The notes: generated from the letters alone by a model not told the origin. 64,000 nucleotides of DNA from Thermoprotei archaeon (GCA_003650925.1 QMSP01000006.1:18971-82970), one strand, 5' to 3'; positions 37,997 through 48,355 are shown, numbered from the stretch's first letter. Numbers and translations: made by a program.

Positions 37997-39577
37997 ATGG
38001 AGATAGCTAGTCTGGAACAATATCACTACGCAAGTGAAGAGGTCATCGTAGCCATCTGGAGATGCCCCTTATGTGGTAGATTCCTTGAAGCTAATGTGCA
38101 GCCAAAGTGCCCTGAACATGACCTTCCTGCTCGACTTCAGGAGATAAGAGGAAGTCTGCCTTCATCTAGGTTTTTGGTTCTAGAGTTAGTCGAGAGAAGA
38201 CCGTATGAGCCAAGAATAGTGAGTTATGTAAGAGTTGACACTCCCGTTCCACTCATGCACAGAAGAGTAGTCGAGGACGGAGAGGTAGCCACTGAGAGAA
38301 TGATAAGGGAGAGAATATTTCCACGCGATTGGTTTCATCCAACTTTCTGGCCAACTGTTTATGCTAAGCGAAGGGAACTTCTTCTAAGATATAAGGAGCT
38401 CACTAAGCTGTATGGCTCAAGAAGCCTAGCAAGGGCCATAGTAGGTGAAGAGATATCACGAATCGCTCTTAAAATGGCCAATACTGCAGCTGCAAGAATA
38501 GCAAGGGTTGTCGTGCACCCAGACTATAGGGGAGATGGTCTTGGTGTCTTGGCAGTCAAGATGGCTGTTGAATGGATAAGAGAGCGAAGAGTGCCTGAGA
38601 TGAAGAGGGAGAAGCATATAGTCGAGACTATAGCTCAGATGGCTAGGTACAATCCCTTCTTCGAGAAAGCTGGCTTCGTGTACATGTGGGAGACAGCGGG
38701 CGGTAGGCCTGTGCTCATGTATCCAATAACAAGTAAAGCAAGGGAGATCATCGATAAGTTCCTCAAGGAAGACCCTTATGCTAGTAAACATGGAGGAAAA
38801 CTTTACTCAACAAGATTTGGAGGCATAGAGAGGCTTAAGGGGCCCATAATAGCAAAGGGACTAACCAAGAAGTACTCAAGCGTGCTTGATGTATCAAGAC
38901 TACCTCATACCCTTCAGGAAGTTCTTAAGGCTTTTGGCGTGGAAAGGAGACTTGTTGAGAAGTACGTGCTAAGGGATGTAGACCTAGTTGTAGAGCCTGG
39001 AGAGATAGTGGTCATCGTTGGTGCATCTGGAGCTGGGAAGACTACGTTGTTAAGGATGATCATAGGAGCCGCGCTCGGAATAAGGAATGAACGCTATAGG
39101 CCTACATATGGCAAGGTAGAGGTTCCAGATAACGTCAAGCTAGAGTATATGCTTCCTGGCGAACATGAACCCAAGTTTGGAGATGAGACCTTACTGGAGC
39201 ATATAGTGGATAAAGTAGGCAACCCAGCAATAGCTGTCGAAATACTCAACTCCGTTGGCCTCTCAGACGCTGTCTTCTACAGAGCTAGGTTTCATGAACT
39301 CTCCACAGGGCAGAAGGAGAGGGCCAAGTTAGCCAGCATGATAGCTTCAAGACCAAATCTATTGATAATAGATGAATTCGCTGCCCATCTAGATGCGCTG
39401 ACAGCTCAGAAGGTTGCTAGAAAGCTTAGCCAAATAGCTAGAAGGACTGGTATGACTGTCATAGTGGCCACCAACAGGATAGAGGTCATCAAAGCCCTTT
39501 GCCCCGACAAGATAATATACGTAGGGTATGGAGCCACTTTCAGTATGAGGTACGAAGAGTCTGAATATGCAAAATAA
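37997..39577 (+). CDS. Zn-ribbon / GNAT acetyltransferase / ABC-type ATPase fusion protein (COG2401-like)
   Basis: N-terminal Zn ribbon CPLCG...CPEH. GNAT motifs IARVVVHPDYRGDGLG and NPFFEKAGF. C-terminal ABC ATPase with Walker A GASGAGKTT, signature LSTGQKERAKLA and Walker B LLIIDEFAAHLD. The H-loop position reads VATNR, i.e. Asn in place of His. Confidence 0.8.
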   Translation: MEIASLEQYHYASEEVIVAIWRCPLCGRFLEANVQPKCPEHDLPARLQEIRGSLPSSRFLVLELVERRPYEPRIVSYVRVDTPVPLMHRRVVEDGEVATERMIRERIFPRDWFHPTFWPTVYAKRRELLLRYKELTKLYGSRSLARAIVGEEISRIALKMANTAAARIARVVVHPDYRGDGLGVLAVKMAVEWIRERRVPEMKREKHIVETIAQMARYNPFFEKAGFVYMWETAGGRPVLMYPITSKAREIIDKFLKEDPYASKHGGKLYSTRFGGIERLKGPIIAKGLTKKYSSVLDVSRLPHTLQEVLKAFGVERRLVEKYVLRDVDLVVEPGEIVVIVGASGAGKTTLLRMIIGAALGIRNERYRPTYGKVEVPDNVKLEYMLPGEHEPKFGDETLLEHIVDKVGNPAIAVEILNSVGLSDAVFYRARFHELSTGQKERAKLASMIASRPNLLIIDEFAAHLDALTAQKVARKLSQIARRTGMTVIVATNRIEVIKALCPDKIIYVGYGATFSMRYEESEYAK

Positions 39578-39647
39578 AAGGCATATACCTATCCCACCTG
39601 CTTTAAAGAAGGTTTCCTAGTTCGTCGAATCATGAGTTTAGCGCTTC

Positions 39648-40475
39648 TTACTTCCTTATCCCTACGAACCTAAGGGCATTCTCGCCTAGGTACTTCCTTA
39701 TGCTAGTCTCTGGCAGTCCTATGTGGTCTCGTAGCAGTGTAATGTCTCGTTCAATAATCTTCCTAGCCTCCACTAGGTTGCCTATATGACTATCGCTACC
39801 AAATATCACATAGTCTTCTGCGCCATATGCAAATACTTTCTGTAGAGCTTCCTTCCTATAGAGTGGAGGAGTTCCTGGAGTTGCGTCAATGTACATTTGA
39901 ATATCTCTACGCCCCGCTCTCTGAGCCTCAACCCTAAAGTGCCCCCATGTTGCTATACACTCATCTACCCATGGCCATCCTATGTGGGCTAATGCAAACC
40001 TTATCTTTGGAAACTTTAGAAGAATCTCGTAGTTAGCAGGGCGGCAGAATCTTGATGAATCTCCAAATCCCCATAGTATCCCTGAGTGAAATATTATGGG
40101 AACATTCAATTCCTCTATCTTCTCATATACCTTAAGCAGCTTCTCATCATATGGATACCAGTGGTTTGGTATCATCTTCACCCCTCTGAGCTCAAGCTTA
40201 GTAACAGCCCACTCAAGCACTTCAACAGCTTTTTCCAGAAGAGGCTCAAGCCATAGAAAGCCTACTATTCTGTCGGGAGCTTCCTTCTGTAGATTAGCCA
40301 CGTGCTCTGCTACTTCTCTTTGCTTGTGTAAGTCATATTCTACGTAGCTTCCATAGCCTATGATCCTGCCGGGATAGGCTGAGAAAGCGAATATGACATC
40401 TATGCCTGCACTATCCATCGCCTTCAATATTTCGTCCACTTTCTCTCTTCCTTCTAGGTGTACATGGCAATCCAC
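39648..40475 (-). CDS. amidohydrolase-2 family metal-dependent hydrolase (TIM barrel)
   Basis: MDCHVHLEG..., with downstream His and Asp metal ligands typical of the Amidohydro_2 family. Confidence 0.7.
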   Translation of the reverse strand: MDCHVHLEGREKVDEILKAMDSAGIDVIFAFSAYPGRIIGYGSYVEYDLHKQREVAEHVANLQKEAPDRIVGFLWLEPLLEKAVEVLEWAVTKLELRGVKMIPNHWYPYDEKLLKVYEKIEELNVPIIFHSGILWGFGDSSRFCRPANYEILLKFPKIRFALAHIGWPWVDECIATWGHFRVEAQRAGRRDIQMYIDATPGTPPLYRKEALQKVFAYGAEDYVIFGSDSHIGNLVEARKIIERDITLLRDHIGLPETSIRKYLGENALRFVGIRK

Positions 40476-40561
40476 AATGACCGTAATCTCGCCCTACTAA
40501 ACTATCTGACTAAAGGATAAATGCTACACGCGTCATATATGCATAAACATTTACATCATTA

Positions 40562-41425
40562 TTGTCCATAGAAACCATCACTTTTCACATTTCTGGAGTG
40601 GGCCTGGTTAACTGTTCTACTTTAGATTCTGCCAATAAGTCTAATTGCATGGCATTTAAGGATAGAGTTTTAACCCCTACCAGCAATAGGCTGAAACGTG
40701 GAGGTGCCGTATTTACGTCAAGACCAGTAATAGTGGGCCATAGAGCTAACACGATAAGAACGTTGATGAAGTACTTAAGAGTAGGAGTTCCAATGATAGA
40801 GGTGGACGTGAGAAAGCGAAGAGGTGAGCTAATAGTCCTTCACGGCCCTCTATCGTATCAGCCAGTAAGCGTGCTAGGAAAGCTCTTCAAGAAGTTAATG
40901 TACATAATCCTTTCAGGCGACCCCGTGGTTGGAAAGATGCCACTAGAGCGAGTTCTGCGTATACTGAATGGAAAGGCTGGAGTATGGCTTGACATAAAGG
41001 AGAAGAGGATTGAGGATGAGATCATCAAGTTATTGAAAAAGACTAAGTTCAAGGGGCCTGTAGTCGTCTCCTCTACTTATCACACTGTTGTAAAGAAATT
41101 CAAGGAGAAGATGCCTGAGGCACTATGTGCAATAAGTCTAAGCGAAGAGCCAGTTGACCTGCTCCAGCTAGTCAAATCCGCTAAAGCGGATATAGTTGCA
41201 CTCGAATATCTATACGCAAATGAAGAGATAGTAGAGACTCTTCATGGAAACGATGTCAGAGTAGCCGTGTGGACAGTTAACGATCCATCAATGGCAAAGA
41301 AGCTTGCTAACATAGGAGTTGATTACATAATAACTGATGATCCCTACACGGTGATGGAAATATTGAAAGGACGCAGGCTTTACCATAGAACTATTCCTCG
41401 ATATCTAGCGATGTGCGCCATATAG
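40562..41425 (+). CDS. glycerophosphodiester phosphodiesterase family protein
   Basis: GDPD motifs PVIVGHRANT, MIEVDVR, VWLDIKE and VAVWTVNDP. The first roughly 30 codons of the ORF may not be translated. Confidence 0.75.
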   Translation: MSIETITFHISGVGLVNCSTLDSANKSNCMAFKDRVLTPTSNRLKRGGAVFTSRPVIVGHRANTIRTLMKYLRVGVPMIEVDVRKRRGELIVLHGPLSYQPVSVLGKLFKKLMYIILSGDPVVGKMPLERVLRILNGKAGVWLDIKEKRIEDEIIKLLKKTKFKGPVVVSSTYHTVVKKFKEKMPEALCAISLSEEPVDLLQLVKSAKADIVALEYLYANEEIVETLHGNDVRVAVWTVNDPSMAKKLANIGVDYIITDDPYTVMEILKGRRLYHRTIPRYLAMCAI

Positions 41426-41502
41426 CGTTCAACTTTTACTGGCGTTAGTAAAGACTACTTTTAAGTGCTTTTGTACAAGGTATTTTCTGGGGTTACCTCT
41501 TC

Positions 41503-42984
41503 ATGAAGCCATTCGAGAGACTTCACGTATATCCACCGAGATATGGCCCTGAATGGGGCTCTGGTGGAGTCTTTGGACTGAAGTACCACAGAGGCGTACT
41601 CTACTACACCTTAGCCTTTGAAGCAGAAGCCCATTTCATCAGAGATGATGTAGACCATGTATATCGCTTTGAGCAAGTAGGCCCTGCTCCTCATAGTGGT
41701 GGAGACACCTATAGTGCTGTAGATGCTGTCGATGAATATATATACTTTGGAGGATGGGTTCACGCACCGGCTGTCTATAAGGGGAAGAACCCAGATGGCT
41801 CAGCCACCATAGACTTCAAGAACAAGTACAGCCATGTACATGAATATGATGTTAATGAGGATAGAGTGCGCCTGTTGTGGAAGGAGTCGATCCATAGAGA
41901 TAAGGAATGGGCAGGAGAGATATCCAACATCCTATACGACCCTGTAAACGACCAGCTATTGCTCTCAAGACTTGATGGTCATGCAAACCTAGGAGTATAC
42001 TCTATGGACAGGAGGAGCGGAAGCATAAAGAAATTGAGTGATGTACCTTCATTGAAGAGCACACTCATACATGACCTCGCATGTTTTGAGATGAGCCGTG
42101 CTGGGATCTTCCCTGCAGTATATGGCCTTCAGTTCCTAGACCTGGTCAATAAGAAGCTGGAAATGGTTAAAGTGCCTGATGAGACCTTTAGCACATTTTC
42201 ACTTGATGGAGGCCCTGTAGAAATGCCCACGATAGGCACCATGGCATCAGCTTATCTAAGAGTTTTCACCTTCCTTCGCGGTGGCCTTCTTACATATGAT
42301 GTTGTCGAAAGGACATGGACTTTCATAAGGCTCTTTGATTTCCTAAGTGGCTATGGCCCCTTTAGGACGGTAGCACTTAACCTGGGCGGAGGCGTACTAG
42401 TTGCCTTTAACGCCTTCACTCATGGTGTGTGGCACCTGTCCAGTATACCTAAGGAGATGGTCAGGAGGCTTAACTTCATAGTAGGACCCAGTGTTCTTCT
42501 CTATATAACTCCTCCCACAGCCAGAATATTGTTAGCACTAGGAGCTAGGATAACATCCTTTGAGAGAATAGGCGACACCTTGGTGCTAGGAACTAGCACA
42601 GTGGCCAATCTTGGTGGCCTTGATGCCACACCAATAGATTCAGGATATCGAGAGCTTCTCGCCGTAAGCCTGAGCAGGCTCCTATCCTCCCCACCACCTT
42701 CACTGGAGTTCTTAGTTCCTGCAGACTTCATTCTCGATAAGCACTTTGGTGGCATTCCACTACTTGGCTATAGAGATCCTAGGCTCATCATAAGGACAAG
42801 CAAGGATATGAAGTTAGAAATATATGAATATGGAGTATTTCTTGAACCACTCGAAGCATATAAGGATGTGGTCAGTTTAAGGAAGGGTAGGAACATCATT
42901 GAGCTCTCAGGCTATCAAGGCATAGTGTCCTTCCGCCTCTCAGAGCCTGACCCAAAGGCCATCATAAGAATACGTCTACAATAA
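41503..42984 (+). CDS. hypothetical protein (493 aa), no recognised family
   Basis: Long ORF with good coding look, no TM segments and no obvious catalytic motifs. Confidence 0.5.
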   Translation: MKPFERLHVYPPRYGPEWGSGGVFGLKYHRGVLYYTLAFEAEAHFIRDDVDHVYRFEQVGPAPHSGGDTYSAVDAVDEYIYFGGWVHAPAVYKGKNPDGSATIDFKNKYSHVHEYDVNEDRVRLLWKESIHRDKEWAGEISNILYDPVNDQLLLSRLDGHANLGVYSMDRRSGSIKKLSDVPSLKSTLIHDLACFEMSRAGIFPAVYGLQFLDLVNKKLEMVKVPDETFSTFSLDGGPVEMPTIGTMASAYLRVFTFLRGGLLTYDVVERTWTFIRLFDFLSGYGPFRTVALNLGGGVLVAFNAFTHGVWHLSSIPKEMVRRLNFIVGPSVLLYITPPTARILLALGARITSFERIGDTLVLGTSTVANLGGLDATPIDSGYRELLAVSLSRLLSSPPPSLEFLVPADFILDKHFGGIPLLGYRDPRLIIRTSKDMKLEIYEYGVFLEPLEAYKDVVSLRKGRNIIELSGYQGIVSFRLSEPDPKAIIRIRLQ

Positions 42985-43087
42985 ATAACTTCTCTTTCCA
43001 CTATTTATCAAATGGACTACCTTCACCTGATAGTTAGTAGTGTGAGAAGCTCAATAATAGCACTCTTCTAAGTTAAATGCTTACCTT

Positions 43088-44719
43088 ATGAATAAAAGCT
43101 TTAATCAGTTTACTTTCTCTAGCAGAAGGCTGAGATTAATGGCTGAGTTTAGGAAGTATTCAGCTGAGGATATAAGAAGGCTAGTAAAGCCTGAGTGGAT
43201 TAGGCCCATCGTTGACCCCAAGCTGTATAAATTGGTAAAGCCCTGCACAGCGAGAGAACTATGGTCTGGAAAGGAAGGTGAAATCTTCGTGGCACATGTG
43301 CCTGAAGGTGTCAACATCCCTAGATATCACTACTCTGTTGCCTACTATCTAACCAAGGCCTTGATCCATGAGTCCAAGTCGCCCAGCAAGGTTATGATAA
43401 AACCCAACAATAGTGCCTTTGTTGGTGCGTTTTGGCATGACCCTAGACTTAGGCAAATAATGCATGCCAATGGCATAGGCCTAAACGCTGATCTTCAGCC
43501 TATAGCTACTCAACCAGCTATGCTGGCTGGCATAGTCGATGCCCTTCTTGAGGAAGGTGTGGATGAGATCCACATAGCTGAGAATATGCTATGGCCTGGC
43601 CCATTAAGAGCCTTCTGGGAAACAGGCTATGTGAACGTGTTCTCAGAGGAGAAGTATAAGAACAAGGTATTCTTCGTAGACCTCTACGAAGACAATGTAG
43701 AGCTTATTGAGATGCCCATAAAGGCCATAAAGGACTACGACCTTGGCTTCTTTAATAAAATGCGTCCTCCAAAGGCATTATTTGATGAAAACTATGATAC
43801 GATTGTAATAGCATCCATAGCAAAGATGCACAACTCAGCTTTCTACTCGCTTCTCATGAAAAACTTCAGCATAACATGGAATCCTCAAGCAGTTCGTTGG
43901 CATGTACATGGCGTGCCCATTAAGCTCTTTGACAGGGAATATGTCTCCGAGCTCCTGAAAGAGAAGGTTCCTTCTGATAGAACATATAAAGTCTTCATGA
44001 TCAATGATAAAGTCATAATCTCCAATGGCCTCATATCATCTGCTCCCTTGATGACGTGTAAGGAGGAGAATGAATTGCTAATAGTGAGCGATGCACATCT
44101 ACAGTGTACCAACATGGCTCCCTTCATCCTTGGAATGGGATACGTCATTGTGAGATACCTTGGGATGTTCGCTACGATACTTGATAAGTTACGAGAGAAA
44201 GGAATTAATGTAATTGGCCTTCTCTCTGGAGTGGTTGGCATGGAAGGAGAAGGCCCCCTCATATATGGCAGAAGAAGGCTGGGAGGCTTTGCCGTTGCTA
44301 GTAATAGATTTGTAGCCGCAGAATCTCTTGCCCTTGATATTATGGTTGGGCATGGCAACATGTCCTTCCCTGATGTAGTGCTTGTAGAGAACAAGCATTT
44401 CTGTGAGAAGTACTCAATAGAGGACATGGAGAGTGTGCTAGCTGAGGCTAGAGAACCCTGGTCACTTAAACTGGCCGAGAAACTACTAGATGAATCTGCC
44501 AATCCTAGCTCATTCACAGTAAGGCTCTTTGATTTCGAAGGCCTTGAGGAGGTAAAAAGACCTTGGGACCTTAGAAATGGGCCTCCTTTCGAACTCCCCA
44601 AGGGAGTCTTCGTCTCCCCCAAGACATGGCTAAGGTTGATGTATTTTGAGGAGGCATTGTATAAGCATGCACTAGACTTCATAGACAAAGGCATTACGGT
44701 GCCGTTAGTGCCCATTTAG
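43088..44719 (+). CDS. hypothetical protein (543 aa), no confidently recognised family
   Basis: Long soluble ORF adjacent to the previous hypothetical protein; a weak resemblance to DUF362-type proteins could not be confirmed. Confidence 0.5.
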   Translation: MNKSFNQFTFSSRRLRLMAEFRKYSAEDIRRLVKPEWIRPIVDPKLYKLVKPCTARELWSGKEGEIFVAHVPEGVNIPRYHYSVAYYLTKALIHESKSPSKVMIKPNNSAFVGAFWHDPRLRQIMHANGIGLNADLQPIATQPAMLAGIVDALLEEGVDEIHIAENMLWPGPLRAFWETGYVNVFSEEKYKNKVFFVDLYEDNVELIEMPIKAIKDYDLGFFNKMRPPKALFDENYDTIVIASIAKMHNSAFYSLLMKNFSITWNPQAVRWHVHGVPIKLFDREYVSELLKEKVPSDRTYKVFMINDKVIISNGLISSAPLMTCKEENELLIVSDAHLQCTNMAPFILGMGYVIVRYLGMFATILDKLREKGINVIGLLSGVVGMEGEGPLIYGRRRLGGFAVASNRFVAAESLALDIMVGHGNMSFPDVVLVENKHFCEKYSIEDMESVLAEAREPWSLKLAEKLLDESANPSSFTVRLFDFEGLEEVKRPWDLRNGPPFELPKGVFVSPKTWLRLMYFEEALYKHALDFIDKGITVPLVPI

Positions 44720-44735
44720 CTATCACATTTTCCTC

Positions 44736-45827
44736 TTAGGGCTTAACGACTACCTTTATGGCATCGTAGTCCTCTTTATGGATAGCAACTTTGAAGGCCT
44801 CTTCTATTTCATCAAGACTAAAGACATGAGTTATAAAGGGCTTTACCTTGACCTTTCCACTGCCAAGCAAGTTGACTGCAATAGTATATTCATGGTATAG
44901 ATTATTGGCGGAAGAGGTTAGAATACGTTCTCCACTGAGCATAGTAAGGTCAATGGTTATCTTCCTCTTAGACAAGGCTACAAGCACTAATCGCCCTCCT
45001 CGAGCAAGCATCTTAAGGCCCTGGATCACAGTCTCCTCACTGCCTACTGTATCAAACACCGCCATCACTCCTTCTCCGTGAGTAATCCTCAGCACTTCCT
45101 CCACTACTCTCTCCTTCCTGCTATTCAGCGTAACATCAGCTCCTAGCTTTGAAGCTATTTCCAGTGGAGTTTCACGTACATCTATGGCTATGGCCATAGT
45201 AGCTCCAGCAACTTTGGACACCTGCATGATCATCAGGCCTATGGGTCCTTGACCAATGATGGCAACTGAGTCGCCTGGCCCTACACCTCCTCTTCCAACT
45301 GCATGCACTGCAACGGCTAGCCCATCCAGCTGAGTAGCTTCTTCATAGCTTATGTTGTCAGGTATGGGATGAGCTTTGTCGTCCCATATGGGCATGTATT
45401 CAGCAAAACCACCTGGTACATATTCTACTCCCTTCCATCGACCATCGTGGCCTATATGGAGCATGTTCGCACATAGATTGTGCATGCCTCTTCGGCATTG
45501 GAAGCACTTACCACATGATTTAAACGCTATTACTCCAACTCTCTCTCCTATTCTGTCTTTTAGCTCAGAAGATCCTACTTCTACTATCTCACCTGCCACC
45601 TCATGGCCAAGGATCACATTAGGAGGCATGCCCTCCTCTACGCCTAGAGTGTGAAGAGCCCATGGATTTTCGCCGAAGTAGTACCTCACATCACTTCCGC
45701 ATATGCCGCATGCTCCCACTTTTATCAAGACTTCATCAGTCCTTGGGGATGGCACGGGGACATCCTTTAGGACGAGCCTCTTAGGAGCCTCCAGTACTGC
45801 CGCCTTCATCCTCCTCATATGTCCCAA
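44736..45827 (-). CDS. zinc-dependent alcohol dehydrogenase (MDR family; threonine/sorbitol-DH-like)
   Basis: GACGICGSDVRYY catalytic-zinc motif, GHEVAGEIVEVG, and the structural-zinc cysteines CGKCFQCRRGMHNLC. Confidence 0.85.
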   Translation of the reverse strand: MGHMRRMKAAVLEAPKRLVLKDVPVPSPRTDEVLIKVGACGICGSDVRYYFGENPWALHTLGVEEGMPPNVILGHEVAGEIVEVGSSELKDRIGERVGVIAFKSCGKCFQCRRGMHNLCANMLHIGHDGRWKGVEYVPGGFAEYMPIWDDKAHPIPDNISYEEATQLDGLAVAVHAVGRGGVGPGDSVAIIGQGPIGLMIMQVSKVAGATMAIAIDVRETPLEIASKLGADVTLNSRKERVVEEVLRITHGEGVMAVFDTVGSEETVIQGLKMLARGGRLVLVALSKRKITIDLTMLSGERILTSSANNLYHEYTIAVNLLGSGKVKVKPFITHVFSLDEIEEAFKVAIHKEDYDAIKVVVKP

Positions 45828-45887
45828 TACCTCGCATAATATTCTTAGGAAATAAGCAGATAAAGCTCTTAGAGATTTAATGAGAAG

Positions 45888-47075
45888 GTGACTCTCTTGC
45901 GCATGGATAAGGAGCGTCTATCTCGTATAAAGCAGGCCATGGAGAGGCAAGGGATCGACCTAATAGTGTGCAAGAATCCTGAGAATGTGTTATACTTATC
46001 AGGATACTGGCCTGTCATGGGCCTATCCCTTGCGATATTTCCCCTTGACGGAGAGCCAATCCTTATAGTGCCTGAAGCTGAGCTTGAGTTTGCTAGAGAG
46101 GGCTGGATCAAAGATATAAGAGCGTACAAAGGCGAGACCTTAGACGAGATATGGGATCCGCATAAACATATCTTGAGCATTCTAAAGGATATAGAGGTGC
46201 CTGAAGGAGCTAGGGTCGGCTGTGAACTCTACTGGGAAACCATGGCTACCAATAGTGTTGTAGGAGAGTTAAACTACGCAAGCAATGCTACTTTCGACCT
46301 ACTCAGAAGAGCATGGAACGCTGAACTCCTCGACATAACCAATATGATCCTCAACCTAAGGATGATAAAGACTGAGCTGGAGCTTGAGAAGATCACACTC
46401 GCCAATGAGCTTGCCTACATAGGACTAAAAGCGGTAGTAGAGAAGCTGGGCGAAGGTGTTAAAGAGAGTGAGCTAGCAGCTGAAGCTGAGAGAGCTGTAT
46501 ACGCTGAAGGAGTAGGATATAGGAAGCTGGTTCGAAGAGCAAGGGCTTTCGCCTTCGTCATGTCAGGAGAAAATTCTTCGAGGGCATGGTATCCTTTCAA
46601 TATATCTAGCGAGAGAAGAGTAAGGAAAGGTGACGTGGTCCTCATCGAGTTCAACGTATGTGCAGATGGCTACTGGGCAGATGTTACAAGGACATGGATT
46701 CTAGGGAAGCCTTCAAAGGAGCAGGAGGACATGTTCAGTACTCTCATTGAGGCTCAAGAAGAAGCTTTTAGCGCTATAAAGGATGGCTTACCTGCAAATG
46801 AGGCTGATCTCATAGCTCGACAAGTCATAGCGAAGAAAGGCTATTCAAAGCTCTTTCCTCATAGACTAGGGCATGGTATAGGTCTAAGAATTCATGAACC
46901 ACCTGCTCTACATCCAAAGTCAATTGATAAACTGTGCTTAAACATGGTTATAACAATAGAACCAGGCCTCTATACAAAAGATTTCGGCATTAGAATTGAA
47001 GATGATGTGGTTGTGATGAGAAAGGGGATTAGAAATCTATCACCCTATTTAAAGGATATCTCTCCATGGTCATGA
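45888..47075 (+). CDS. M24-family Xaa-Pro aminopeptidase/prolidase
   Basis: Creatinase N-domain plus pita-bread fold with HRLGHGIGLRIHEPP and the ITIEPGLY metal ligands. Confidence 0.85.
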   Translation: MTLLRMDKERLSRIKQAMERQGIDLIVCKNPENVLYLSGYWPVMGLSLAIFPLDGEPILIVPEAELEFAREGWIKDIRAYKGETLDEIWDPHKHILSILKDIEVPEGARVGCELYWETMATNSVVGELNYASNATFDLLRRAWNAELLDITNMILNLRMIKTELELEKITLANELAYIGLKAVVEKLGEGVKESELAAEAERAVYAEGVGYRKLVRRARAFAFVMSGENSSRAWYPFNISSERRVRKGDVVLIEFNVCADGYWADVTRTWILGKPSKEQEDMFSTLIEAQEEAFSAIKDGLPANEADLIARQVIAKKGYSKLFPHRLGHGIGLRIHEPPALHPKSIDKLCLNMVITIEPGLYTKDFGIRIEDDVVVMRKGIRNLSPYLKDISPWS

Positions 47076-47080
47076 GGAGC

Positions 47081-48280
47081 CTAAGGCTCAGCTCTTTTCT
47101 TTAATAGCTTGTGAACAAATATGAGGAGCAAGGCCTGAAGCAGCTGAAATAGACTCCAAAGACCAAACGCCGTCTCAAATCCATACCACTCTATGATGGC
47201 ACCTGATATCAAGCTCGATATAAAGGCACCAAGCCCGCCCATGGCATTCACCACTCCACTCACCATGGGCGAAAGCCTTACATTGACCATTTCCACAGGT
47301 ATGGTCGACACTATTTGAGAATTGGCTCCATATAGGAAGAAGCTGGCTAGAGCTAATGTAAGGATGCCTATAATTCTATCCATTTCATAAGCTTGAGGGA
47401 ATAGGTAAACAAACGTCATGGTTGCGATAGTTATCAAGCTGGTAAACAACGCTCTCTTCTTTGGAAAGACATCGGATAATCCTCCTATCGCGATCATGCC
47501 TAAGCTTCCAGCGAGGGGTATTATTGTAGAAACTGTAGACGCCACCTCAATAGACCCCTCCTTGGAAAACACATACGAGGGAAGATACACTATCATGCCA
47601 TACCTAGTCGCATCAGCTAGTAGATAAGATAGGGAAAGGGATCCAAGAGCTATCAAATTGACTTCCTCCTTTGTCATAACCTCCACATCCTTCCTTCCTA
47701 CTACACTCCTAAGGACAAGCCCAGCGATGCCGCCAGTCAACGCTAATAACAGTCCATTAACTATGAACCCATATCTCCATCCATAGTTCGAGACAATAAA
47801 ACCTGTTAGAATCCATGTGGCTACATGCCCTATCGCCCAGCTTGTATTGAATATCCCAAGAACAGTGCCTAGCCTAGTCCTAGTGATCTCGGAGAGCACT
47901 CTTATCAACGAAGGCCATTGTACTGATTGAAGATATCCATTCATACTCCAGAGAAGCAACATTGACGTGAAATCACTACACAGCCCTAGAGACATGGTCA
48001 CTAGAGCAGAGCCCATGACTCCTAGAACTATCATGTTGCAGGGATTATGACTCATAGTAAGATAGCCGTTAAGAACCTGACCTATCGCATAGAGCACAAA
48101 GAAGCCTGAAGCTATGATGCCTATCCTCTCATAGGAAATGCCCATTTCCACACGCATCAAGGGGATGACTATCGAGAAGTTGACCCTACACAAATATAGA
48201 GTAGCATATATAGTCCACGATAATACCATGATCATGACTAGCCTAGCTCCTCTCAGCTCAGAGTGTGTATCCTTGTCCAT
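47081..48280 (-). CDS. major facilitator superfamily transporter
   Basis: About 12 predicted TM helices. Confidence 0.65.
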   Translation of the reverse strand: MDKDTHSELRGARLVMIMVLSWTIYATLYLCRVNFSIVIPLMRVEMGISYERIGIIASGFFVLYAIGQVLNGYLTMSHNPCNMIVLGVMGSALVTMSLGLCSDFTSMLLLWSMNGYLQSVQWPSLIRVLSEITRTRLGTVLGIFNTSWAIGHVATWILTGFIVSNYGWRYGFIVNGLLLALTGGIAGLVLRSVVGRKDVEVMTKEEVNLIALGSLSLSYLLADATRYGMIVYLPSYVFSKEGSIEVASTVSTIIPLAGSLGMIAIGGLSDVFPKKRALFTSLITIATMTFVYLFPQAYEMDRIIGILTLALASFFLYGANSQIVSTIPVEMVNVRLSPMVSGVVNAMGGLGAFISSLISGAIIEWYGFETAFGLWSLFQLLQALLLIFVHKLLKKRAEP

Positions 48281-48355
48281 AGCCTACTTACAAAATTACT
48301 TCTTCTGCCTATATCCTTTCCCCTACCAACACTGCTTTCATTGACAACGTACATC

